A DNA stretch of 64,000 bases from IMGVR_UViG_3300042549_005931:205134-269133, one strand, 5' to 3'; numbered from the stretch's first letter, positions 1 to 7,195 are shown. Program-made: numbers and translations. The notes: generated by a model from the sequence alone, not told the origin.

Positions 1-2
1 GA

Positions 3-70
3 GGTGTCTCGTATAACTAATACAATCCCCTAATAGGGACTGATGTAAGATTAAGATTCTTACGACACCG
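3..70 (+). ncRNA. compact tRNA-like cloverleaf (non-canonical)
   Basis: Four helices: GGTGTC/GACACC, GTAT/ATAC, TCCC/GGGA (6-nt loop CTAATA), GTAAGA/TCTTAC (loop TTAAGAT); directly upstream of tRNA-Glu. Confidence 0.45.
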
Positions 71-91
71 AACGTGATTGGATTATTAACC

Positions 92-166
92 GCCCCTATC
101 GACAAGCGGTTAAGTCACGTCCCTTTCACGGATGAGTCACGGGTTCGATTCCCGTTGGGGGTACCA
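92..166 (+). tRNA. tRNA-Glu(TTC)
   Basis: Cloverleaf, anticodon loop CTTTCAC, GGTTCGATTCC T-arm, encoded CCA. Confidence 0.95.
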
Positions 167-177
167 AAAGTTTTATT

Positions 178-426
178 ATGTTAGAACAAATATTGGAGTA
201 CTTTGGGGAAGAAGAATTTCTTAAAGCGGACGGATTCGATGAAGCCGTTATTGGTGTTGAAGAAAGTTCGATGAGACTAATCTATTCAGTTACCAAATGT
301 CTTGAGATATTGGTTACCAATGAAGAGATGTCATTAGAAGAAGCTATTGAGTATTTTGACTTTAATGTTAGAAGTGCTTATGTAGGTGATAAAACACCCA
401 TTTGGTGTGAGGATGGTTTTATGTAA
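178..426 (+). CDS. hypothetical acidic phage protein
   Basis: 82-aa ORF with plausible start context. Confidence 0.7.
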   Translation: MLEQILEYFGEEEFLKADGFDEAVIGVEESSMRLIYSVTKCLEILVTNEEMSLEEAIEYFDFNVRSAYVGDKTPIWCEDGFM

Positions 427-427
427 T

Positions 428-616
428 ATGAAAAAAATAATATATCTACTAATTGTAATTTTTACATTATCCGGTTGTTTTACTTATGTAAGAGAAACTG
501 GTAGATTTTACCCACGTAATAGAAATTTACAACCAAACCATAGAATGGGTATTAACGGTTACCATTTAAGAAATCAATATTATTTTAGACATATTCAACC
601 ATTAAAAAAAAGATAA
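428..616 (+). CDS. putative lipoprotein
   Basis: Restarted at ATG428: MKKIIYLLIVIFTLSGC, lipobox-like. Confidence 0.6.
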   Translation: MKKIIYLLIVIFTLSGCFTYVRETGRFYPRNRNLQPNHRMGINGYHLRNQYYFRHIQPLKKR

Positions 617-658
617 AGGATTGATTTTCAACATTTTTATATTTATAATAAAAAAGAT

Positions 659-1006
659 ATGTTAGACTTAAAAGAACTTTTAATTATGCTAGGATTGGCG
701 GTTGGTGGACCATCACACAGTCAAGATATGACTTTTTATCGACAAAAATTATCTAATGAAATGGTTTTAGAACAAAAACTAAAAGAAGAAATTAAAGCCT
801 TAGAATATAGAAAACTTTGGGACGATGTAAATCAAAAAGAAAATGCAGATTTTGCAGTTAGGTGGTTTAAAGATAAAAAATCGGAAGATAAATTAGGTAG
901 TTCAAAAAAAGATTTAAATAACACAAGAAAAAAAATAAAAGTATTAAAAAATATCCTTGAAAAAGATTCATTAGATAAGGTAGTACCTCAAACTCAGGTA
1001 CTTTAA
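659..1006 (+). CDS. hypothetical protein, signal peptide plus coiled coil
   Basis: ORF; TATTTATA at 640-647 upstream. Confidence 0.65.
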   Translation: MLDLKELLIMLGLAVGGPSHSQDMTFYRQKLSNEMVLEQKLKEEIKALEYRKLWDDVNQKENADFAVRWFKDKKSEDKLGSSKKDLNNTRKKIKVLKNILEKDSLDKVVPQTQVL

Positions 1007-1045
1007 TTTATTTTCGGATATTTATATATTATAAAAACAAAAATT

Positions 1046-1468
1046 ATGAAAAAATTATTATTTATTTTCGCGTTAGTTCTTGGTTGTACTTTTAGTTCAA
1101 CTGCTCAAGAATTGTTTGGTTCCGCAACTAACAAAGGTATGGACGGATACTTAACTGGTGGTTACATCAAAAAAGGATGGGGTGCCTATGTTGGTTTTAG
1201 ATATGATGCTGACCCTATGGTTAGTACTAAAACAGGTAGCTTTGATAAAACTATGAAATTTGGTGTTATTCGTATGTTTGCGAGTGAGAAAATTATGATG
1301 GGTGTGGGAATCCAACCTGTCGATAATGTTAACAAACCAAATGTTTTTATTGGTTACGCACCATTAAAATCGGAAGGATTGAAGATATGGGTTATTGGTA
1401 ATTTAGTAGGTTCTAATTTTACACCAGGTCTTGGTTTAACTTATAAATTATCACAAATTAATTTTTAA
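1046..1468 (+). CDS. exported, outer-membrane beta-barrel-like protein
   Basis: Signal peptide, alternating amphipathic Gly/aromatic strands, C-terminal GLGLTY motif. Confidence 0.6.
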   Translation: MKKLLFIFALVLGCTFSSTAQELFGSATNKGMDGYLTGGYIKKGWGAYVGFRYDADPMVSTKTGSFDKTMKFGVIRMFASEKIMMGVGIQPVDNVNKPNVFIGYAPLKSEGLKIWVIGNLVGSNFTPGLGLTYKLSQINF

Positions 1469-1520
1469 AAATTTACTATTAAATAAAACTTTTGTATATT
1501 TGTATATACTTATTAGAAAA

Positions 1521-1625
1521 ATGAAGAATTTATTAACAACAATATCGCTTAGTTTGAACCCGTCATATAATGATAATGGGAGAGGCGTGCAGACGTTAAT
1601 AAGTTCGGACCAAATATTAGGATAG
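1521..1625 (+). CDS. putative leader peptide (34 aa) of an attenuator
   Basis: MKNLLTTISLSLNPSYNDNGRGVQTLISSDQILG*; lies between a TATATTTG promoter element (about 1495-1502) and a terminator. Confidence 0.5.
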   Translation: MKNLLTTISLSLNPSYNDNGRGVQTLISSDQILG

Positions 1626-1648
1626 TAAATAAAAAAACTAAAATAAAG

Positions 1649-1685
1649 AAACCCGAACGACTTAAAAAATTGTTCGGGTTTTTTG
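1649..1685 (+). terminator. intrinsic terminator / attenuator hairpin
   Basis: AAACCCGAAC...GTTCGGGTTT followed by a T-run. Confidence 0.8.
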
Positions 1686-1704
1686 TTTTAATGAAACTTT
1701 TACA

Positions 1705-1756
1705 TATATTTGTAAAACAGTTCATCACATAGGTGGTGAAAAATGTTCTTTGACAT
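1705..1756 (+). promoter_or_regulatory. Bacteroidota promoter plus boxB-like hairpin and boxA-like element leading the tRNA array
   Basis: TATATTTG 1705-1712; hairpin TTCATCAC/GTGGTGAA; TGTTCTTTGACA 1744-1755. Confidence 0.6.
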
Positions 1757-1769
1757 TGTGAGAAAAAAT

Positions 1770-1854
1770 GCTCGGGTGGTGTAATGGTAGCCACGAAGGA
1801 CTTAAAATCCTTTGGACAGAAATGTCCGTGCCGGTTCGAGTCCGGCCCCGAGTA
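1770..1854 (+). tRNA. tRNA-Leu(TAA)
   Basis: Cloverleaf with long variable arm, loop CTTAAAA. Confidence 0.95.
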
Positions 1855-1971
1855 CAAATGTAATGACTTAGAAATAAGTGACGGAACAGACGCTATGTAT
1901 GAAATGGAAACTTTCGAAACTCGTATAAAAGAGTGAATTAGACACAAACCGTACAGACATTACATTAAATT

Positions 1972-2045
1972 GGTTCCGTAGCTCAGCTGGATAGAGCAAC
2001 TCTCTTCTAAAGAGTAGGTCTTTGGTTCGAATCCAAACGGAATCA
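1972..2045 (+). tRNA. tRNA-Arg(TCT)
   Basis: Stem ACTCT/AGAGT, loop CTTCTAA. Confidence 0.93.
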
Positions 2046-2050
2046 CATAT

Positions 2051-2125
2051 AGAGTAATGGGCTAATTGGTAAGCCGCTACATTTGGGTTGTAGACATCAT
2101 GGGGGTTCGAGTCCCTCTTATTCTA
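2051..2125 (+). tRNA. tRNA-Pro(TGG)
   Basis: Stem CTACA/TGTAG, loop TTTGGGT. Confidence 0.9.
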
Positions 2126-2133
2126 CATTAAAT

Positions 2134-2218
2134 GGTTTCGTTGCCGTAGTGGCCGAACGGTCCAGACTGTTAATCTGGTGAGTAACATCCATCGTAGGTT
2201 CGAATCCTACCGAGACCG
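2134..2218 (+). tRNA. tRNA-Asn(GTT), extended variable region
   Basis: Stem CCAGA/TCTGG, loop CTGTTAA, 15-nt variable region. Confidence 0.9.
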
Positions 2219-2270
2219 CTTGACTTTTTCGAATATTTTATGTATTTATTGTTAACTAAAAAAATTAATA

Positions 2271-2810
2271 ATGGGTAAGTACTTCGAAAAAATTATAGAT
2301 TTAAGAAATCAAGGAAAAACATATAAGGAAATATGTGTTGAATTAAACTGTGCAATGTCAACAGTGTCATATCACTGTAAGTTAAATAAATTGGGTGGCC
2401 ACACTGATAGACTGACAGATGAAGATAAGGTAGAACTTCAAAAATTATACAATGAAGTTGGCAGTTTAAAAAAAGTGGCTAAATTAAAAGGTTATGCATT
2501 TCAAACTGTTCAAAAATATGTAACAATAAAAAATAGAACAAAAAAAGTTTCAAAATCCGAAGCGGTAATAGAATGGAGAAAAAGAACTAAGATAAAATTA
2601 GTTGAATATAAAGGTGGTAAATGTCAAATTTGTGATTACAATAAATCATTCAATGCATTACATTTCCATCATATTAACCCAAATGAAAAAGATTTTTCAA
2701 TATCAGGTAAATCATTATCATTTGACAAATTAAAAACTGAGGTTGATAAATGTATTTTAGTATGTTCAAATTGTCATTCTGAAATACATGAAGGTTTAAT
2801 AACATTATAA
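2271..2810 (+). CDS. free-standing HNH homing endonuclease with N-terminal HTH repeats
   Basis: CQICDY...LHFHHIN...CILVCSNCHSEIH; inserted between tRNA genes. Confidence 0.9.
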   Translation: MGKYFEKIIDLRNQGKTYKEICVELNCAMSTVSYHCKLNKLGGHTDRLTDEDKVELQKLYNEVGSLKKVAKLKGYAFQTVQKYVTIKNRTKKVSKSEAVIEWRKRTKIKLVEYKGGKCQICDYNKSFNALHFHHINPNEKDFSISGKSLSFDKLKTEVDKCILVCSNCHSEIHEGLITL

Positions 2811-2811
2811 C

Positions 2812-2887
2812 ACCCTTATGGACAAACGGCAAAGTCACTGGTTTTAGGCACCAGGTTTTATAGGTTCGAATCCTATTAGGGGTACCA
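2812..2887 (+). tRNA. tRNA with TAG (Leu) anticodon but short variable loop
   Basis: ACCCTTA/TAGGGGT acceptor stem, loop TTTAGGC, 5-nt variable loop, encoded CCA. Confidence 0.85.
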
Positions 2888-2904
2888 ACTAAATTTTTAA
2901 TATT

Positions 2905-3024
2905 ATGGCAGTTACATCAAAAAGAGTTGCAAAGAAAGCTAGTAAAGCTTTAAGTAGTAAAAAAACGAGTAAAACAACTAAGACTCTTGCAGGTAGTGCA
3001 TTGAGACAAAGAAGAAAAAAATAG
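2905..3024 (+). CDS. 39-aa highly basic peptide
   Basis: MAVTSKRVAKKASKALSSKKTSKTTKTLAGSALRQRRKK*; too short for the ORF track. Confidence 0.7.
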   Translation: MAVTSKRVAKKASKALSSKKTSKTTKTLAGSALRQRRKK

Positions 3025-3029
3025 TAATT

Positions 3030-3112
3030 GGGAGTGTTGAGCAACGGTTGCTTAGCAGACTGTAAATCTGTGGTCTACGACATTGGCGGTTCGAATCCGT
3101 CCACTCCCACCA
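3030..3112 (+). tRNA. tRNA-Tyr(GTA)
   Basis: Loop CTGTAAA, long variable arm, encoded CCA. Confidence 0.95.
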
Positions 3113-3125
3113 AAACAAAAAAACT

Positions 3126-3686
3126 ATGGAATTCATTTACAGAAGAGAAAACGTATTATCAAAAGAACAATGTGATGAGATAATACAAAAGTTTGAAGAG
3201 TCTGATTTTAAATTGGCAGGTATTACCGCATCAGGTGTTAACGAATCTATTAAAAAATCTACAGACCTTACATTTCATCATAATACTTTAGATGATGAAA
3301 AAATTAATAATCTTTGGGGTGATACTGTTCGTAAAATTGTTCGTGATTTAAATTATCACATGAACAAATACAAGGAGGAAAATGAATACTTGAAATTTTT
3401 TAAAATAGAGATGGATTCATTCAACATTCAAAAGTACGAACCAAATGGTGGATTTTATACTTGGCATTGTGAAACCATTCATTGTTTAGATAGAGTTACC
3501 GCTTGGATGATATATCTTAATGATGTTGATGATGGTGGTACTGAGTTTATGAAACAAAAACACACGGAGAAAGCTGAAGCGGGTAAGTTAATTATATGGC
3601 CAGCAGATTGGACACATGCACATCGAGGTCAGGTTAGCACTACCAAAACAAAATATATTTTAACAGGTTGGTTTAGTCAAAAGTAA
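3126..3686 (+). CDS. 2OG-Fe(II) oxygenase (prolyl-hydroxylase-like)
   Basis: YTWHCE...MIYLNDVDDGGTEF...WTHAHRG. Confidence 0.9.
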   Translation: MEFIYRRENVLSKEQCDEIIQKFEESDFKLAGITASGVNESIKKSTDLTFHHNTLDDEKINNLWGDTVRKIVRDLNYHMNKYKEENEYLKFFKIEMDSFNIQKYEPNGGFYTWHCETIHCLDRVTAWMIYLNDVDDGGTEFMKQKHTEKAEAGKLIIWPADWTHAHRGQVSTTKTKYILTGWFSQK

Positions 3687-3687
3687 T

Positions 3688-4254
3688 ATGGAATTCATTT
3701 ATAGAAAAGAAAATGCATTATCATTAGATTTATGTAATGATATAATTACTAAATTTAATGAATCTAATTTACCTGAACCGGGTGTAGTAGGAAAAGGTGT
3801 AGTTGAAGAAATAAAAAAATCGATAGATTTATCTTTCCATGCCGATTCATTAAACACTAAAGAATTACAAGATATATGGGGTCCACCATTGGGTGAAAGT
3901 ATTCCAATTATTAATTCATGTGTTCAAGAATATTGTGATAAATTTGAATATTTGAAAATGATGAGTTCATTTAAAATGGAAGCTTTTAATATTCAAAAGT
4001 ATGAACCGGGTGGTGGATTTTATACTTGGCATTGTGAAGCTACTTTAAAAATAAGACGTGTTGTTGTTTGGATGGTTTATTTAAACGATGTTGACGATGG
4101 AGGAACCGAATTTATACATCAAAACCATATCGAAAAAGCGGAAGCTGGTAAATTATTGTTGTGGCCGGTTGATTGGACACATGCACATAGAGGACAAATT
4201 AGTTATACCAAAACAAAATATATTTTAACAGGTTGGTATTCTATACCCCAATAA
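3688..4254 (+). CDS. 2OG-Fe(II) oxygenase, tandem paralog of 3126..3686
   Basis: Same motifs and near-identical C-terminal half. Confidence 0.9.
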   Translation: MEFIYRKENALSLDLCNDIITKFNESNLPEPGVVGKGVVEEIKKSIDLSFHADSLNTKELQDIWGPPLGESIPIINSCVQEYCDKFEYLKMMSSFKMEAFNIQKYEPGGGFYTWHCEATLKIRRVVVWMVYLNDVDDGGTEFIHQNHIEKAEAGKLLLWPVDWTHAHRGQISYTKTKYILTGWYSIPQ

Positions 4255-4301
4255 TCGTTGAAATATACGATAACAGATTTTATCGTTAGATTAAACGATA
4301 T

Positions 4302-4375
4302 GGACTTATAGCTCAGATGGTTAGAGCAGGTCGCTCATAACGACAAGGTCACAGGTTCGAGCCCTGTTTGGTCCA
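4302..4375 (+). tRNA. tRNA(CAT), probably Ile2 (lysidine type)
   Basis: Loop CTCATAA; body resembles bacterial Ile2 rather than initiator tRNA. Confidence 0.85.
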
Positions 4376-4455
4376 CAAAAAGTGTCTTGGTATGCTCTGA
4401 CGAAAGTCAACGACAAGGTCTCGGTAGGCAGAACGCGTCTGATTCTACCCAAAAC

Positions 4456-4529
4456 AGAAGATTAGCTCAGTTGGTTAGAGCATTTGGTTTACATCCAAAG
4501 GGTCATAGGTTCGAATCCTATATCTTCTA
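4456..4529 (+). tRNA. tRNA-Val(TAC)
   Basis: Stem TTTGG/CCAAA, loop TTTACAT. Confidence 0.95.
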
Positions 4530-4596
4530 CAGAAAACTGAGATAGGATATTATTGATATGGATACAATTCCTGATAATATTGCTACTCAGTTGATT

Positions 4597-4672
4597 GCGA
4601 AAGTAGCTCAGTTGGTAGAGCATTACCTTGCCAAGGTAAGGGTCGCGAGTTCGAATCTCGTTTTTCGCTCCA
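4597..4672 (+). tRNA. tRNA-Gly(GCC)
   Basis: Loop TTGCCAA, T73, encoded CCA. Confidence 0.95.
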
Positions 4673-4674
4673 TA

Positions 4675-4782
4675 AGGAGCTCCCGCTTTAAGGTGAAGGA
4701 CACGCGGGCGAATAACTTTCAGGGTAAGTTGTAAAAGAACTCGAAACCTTAAGTCTAGTGTGGGAGAGACTCCTACCCACAC
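4675..4782 (+). ncRNA. unassigned pseudoknotted structured RNA
   Basis: CCCGC/GCGGG, TTAAGG/CCTTAA, AACTT/AAGTT, GTGTGGG/CCCACAC, AGGAG/CTCCT. Confidence 0.5.
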
Positions 4783-4786
4783 ACAA

Positions 4787-4858
4787 GCGAATATAGCACA
4801 GCGGTTAGTGCTCTGGTCTTCCAAACCGGAAACGACAGTTCGAATCTGTCTATTCGCT
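4787..4858 (+). tRNA. tRNA-Gly(TCC)
   Basis: Loop CTTCCAA. Confidence 0.95.
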
Positions 4859-4867
4859 CTATTAATC

Positions 4868-4940
4868 GGGATTGAGGTCAAACGGTTAAGATGTCGCCCT
4901 GTCACGGCGCACGGAGCGGGTTCAACTCCCGTCAGTCCCG
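4868..4940 (+). tRNA. tRNA-Asp(GTC)
   Basis: Loop CTGTCAC. Confidence 0.93.
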
Positions 4941-4943
4941 CAT

Positions 4944-5014
4944 TCCTCTATGGTGTAACGGTAACACAACTGTTTTTGGTGCAGTTATTCATGGTTCGAA
5001 TCCATGTAGGGGGT
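4944..5014 (+). tRNA. tRNA-Gln(TTG)
   Basis: Stem ACTGT/GCAGT, loop TTTTGGT. Confidence 0.9.
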
Positions 5015-5017
5015 CAA

Positions 5018-5213
5018 TGAGTAAGAGATACTCAGCAGTCTTTAATCCAAGACTCATTTAAAAATGGATAGGATAATAGACTGGACATCCTTAAACGCCA
5101 GTCTCTTGGGAATAAAGCTGGAAAATCGTCCTTGCTCCCAGTAACGATTGACTTTTTAATGAGGGATGCCTCGCAGGTTTTTCAAACAGCTAAATAACCG
5201 AAATAACTACTCA
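5018..5213 (+). ncRNA. unassigned multi-pseudoknot RNA of about 195 nt
   Basis: Closing helix TGAGTA/TACTCA plus several hairpins whose loops have downstream complements. Confidence 0.55.
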
Positions 5214-5239
5214 CATATAATCTCAATGTGGGGAAACAA

Positions 5240-5321
5240 GGAGAGGTGGACAATGGTCGTTGAGCGGTCTTGAAAACCGTCGGGTGTAAAAGCTTTGCAG
5301 GTTCGAATCCTGTCCTCTCCG
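5240..5321 (+). tRNA. tRNA-Ser(TGA)
   Basis: Loop CTTGAAA, long variable arm. Confidence 0.92.
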
Positions 5322-5378
5322 CACCCTACAATCCCATGTCGGCTCGAGTGGGTGAGAGTATAGGTATCGGGCCCTTAT

Positions 5379-5467
5379 AGAGGGTTGGGTGAGTGGCTTA
5401 AACCAGCAGTTTGCTAAACTGCGGATGGGGTTAAACCTGTCCACCGGTTCGAATCCGGTATCCTCTA
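5379..5467 (+). tRNA. tRNA-Ser(GCT)
   Basis: Stem GCAGT/ACTGC, loop TTGCTAA, long variable arm. Confidence 0.92.
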
Positions 5468-5481
5468 CACTATTTATATGA

Positions 5482-5676
5482 ATGATATTACAACTTAATC
5501 CAACAATACCAATTATACGTGTAAGTGACGGAATGAAAGGTTACGCATTTATGGTTATCGATTATTCTCAAGAACATGATTTATATTTCACATGTGGAAT
5601 GGATGATGGTGAAATTTGGACATTAAATAACAAAGAAATTAGGTTACAAAATAACATTACGTTAAATAGAAATTAA
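5482..5676 (+). CDS. hypothetical protein
   Basis: 64-aa ORF; TATTTATA at 5471-5478. Confidence 0.7.
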   Translation: MILQLNPTIPIIRVSDGMKGYAFMVIDYSQEHDLYFTCGMDDGEIWTLNNKEIRLQNNITLNRN

Positions 5677-5679
5677 CAT

Positions 5680-5831
5680 TGTAGTGTGACGAAATTGGCA
5701 GACGTACCCTCCTGTCTCGGGGGTGTGGAACAAGAAATAGATTGATAATATTAGGGGGTAGACCACCAGCTTGCAAGCGTCATGTTATCAGTTGAATCTC
5801 CACTTGAGTGGTTCGAATCCCTCCACTACAG
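5680..5831 (+). ncRNA. tRNA-like RNA with a ~80-nt variable arm and abnormal anticodon loop
   Basis: TGTAGTG/CACTACA acceptor, Leu-type D arm, ACCCTC/GGGGGT around loop CTGTCTC, GGTTCGAATCC T-loop. Confidence 0.75.
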
Positions 5832-5833
5832 CT

Positions 5834-6679
5834 ATGAAAATATTATTTATTAACGATTTCCAAGGTGTTGATTATTTAAATGATACCATATTTCACGGTG
5901 GACGAAGTCTATTTGGTGAAAATTTTGTAGAATCAAATGATGCTTGGTACATGTATGATGATATAACACCACACACCAAAAGTTCATTATATGGTATGGG
6001 GTTTACTATTGCAGGTAAATTAAATAGGATATCTATCGACACCACTAATATTCTTGAAAAAATTAAAGATAGGTTTTTTGATTTAATAATTTATGGTTCA
6101 GTTCATAGAAATATTTCTTATTTTGATGAAGTAATCAAATCATATAAATCAAATGAAATTGTTTTTTTAGATGGTGAAGATGAAACATATTTTAATGAAA
6201 AAATAATTGGATATGGGGTTTATTTTAAAAGAGAATTAATCAAAGAAAGAGAATGTGTTTTACCAATAAGTTTTAGTATTCCAAAAGAATTGATTAATAT
6301 TAATACATGTAAAGAAAAAGTTTTAGCAATGCCTTCATCTTATGAAACGGGATATATTTTTAATAAAGAAAATGATTATTATGAAGAATATAAAAAATCA
6401 TATTTTGCATTAACAAAAAAGAAAGGCGGATGGGATTGTTTAAGACATTATGAAATATTAATGAATGGTTGTTTACCATTGTTTCATAATTTACACGAAT
6501 TACCCAAAAATATAATGATTCATTGGGATAAAAATTTGTTACAAGAATGCCTCAATCTATTTTGGGAATTCAGATTAGATGAACAAAAATACATAAATTT
6601 AAAATCTCGAGTTGTTGATAATCTCCATAATAATTTAACAACTGAAAGTATGGTTAATTATATATTATCAAAATTATGA
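5834..6679 (+). CDS. glycosyltransferase-like protein
   Basis: Restarted at ATG5834 (MKILFI); KKGGWDCLRHYEILMNGCLP motif typical of phage GT-B-like proteins. Confidence 0.65.
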   Translation: MKILFINDFQGVDYLNDTIFHGGRSLFGENFVESNDAWYMYDDITPHTKSSLYGMGFTIAGKLNRISIDTTNILEKIKDRFFDLIIYGSVHRNISYFDEVIKSYKSNEIVFLDGEDETYFNEKIIGYGVYFKRELIKERECVLPISFSIPKELININTCKEKVLAMPSSYETGYIFNKENDYYEEYKKSYFALTKKKGGWDCLRHYEILMNGCLPLFHNLHELPKNIMIHWDKNLLQECLNLFWEFRLDEQKYINLKSRVVDNLHNNLTTESMVNYILSKL

Positions 6680-6733
6680 TAGGACACTACAGCTAAACCA
6701 TTAAAATATTAATTGATAAAATGAAAAAATAAA

Positions 6734-7195
6734 ATGAAACAATTCAAAACCCTCCATGGTAAACCGATACCAGAGGTTGTAGAGTACATCAAGGATTACA
6801 TCTCAACAAGAGAGAATGTTCAAATTCTCATCGGTTCCGACTCACAATGTTATGCTAACACAAAGACCGTTTACGGTGTTGTTATTGCTCTTTACACTTC
6901 CGGTAAAGGTGCACATGTATTGTGTACACGTGAGACGGTTCCTATGGAGAGGAATATGAATCTTCGTTTAATGACTGAAGTTTGGAAGTCTATTGAACTT
7001 GCAGAATATCTTAGAGAAAACGGTATTCAAAAAGCCGACTTTATTGATATTGATTTAAACCCTGATAGAAAATACAAATCAAACAGTTCTTTAAGACAAG
7101 CAATTGGTTTTGTTGAGGGTATGGGTTATCAAGCAAGATGGAAACACGAAGGTGCAATTATAACATATGCCGCTAATCATTTAGTAAGATTATGA
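6734..7195 (+). CDS. RNase H-like YkuK/DUF458 family protein
   Basis: ILIGSDSQ...TEVWKSIELAEYL...IDIDLN motifs. Confidence 0.8.
   Translation: MKQFKTLHGKPIPEVVEYIKDYISTRENVQILIGSDSQCYANTKTVYGVVIALYTSGKGAHVLCTRETVPMERNMNLRLMTEVWKSIELAEYLRENGIQKADFIDIDLNPDRKYKSNSSLRQAIGFVEGMGYQARWKHEGAIITYAANHLVRL

Noticed and set aside
4397-4413. CTGACGA-AAG resembling a hammerhead core
   Set aside because: No stem II or downstream GAAA in the right geometry; it is a TGAC-GAAA-GTCA hairpin
4704-4716. GGGCGAAT resembling the HDV/theta ribozyme J4/2
   Set aside because: Could not build P1/P2/P3/P1.1 around it; kept only as an unassigned structured RNA
1549-5444. ORF-track ORFs 1549..1947(-), 4489..4905(-), 4760..5020(+) and 5223..5444(-)
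   Set aside because: They overlap clear tRNA genes and are reading-frame artefacts of GC-richer RNA genes
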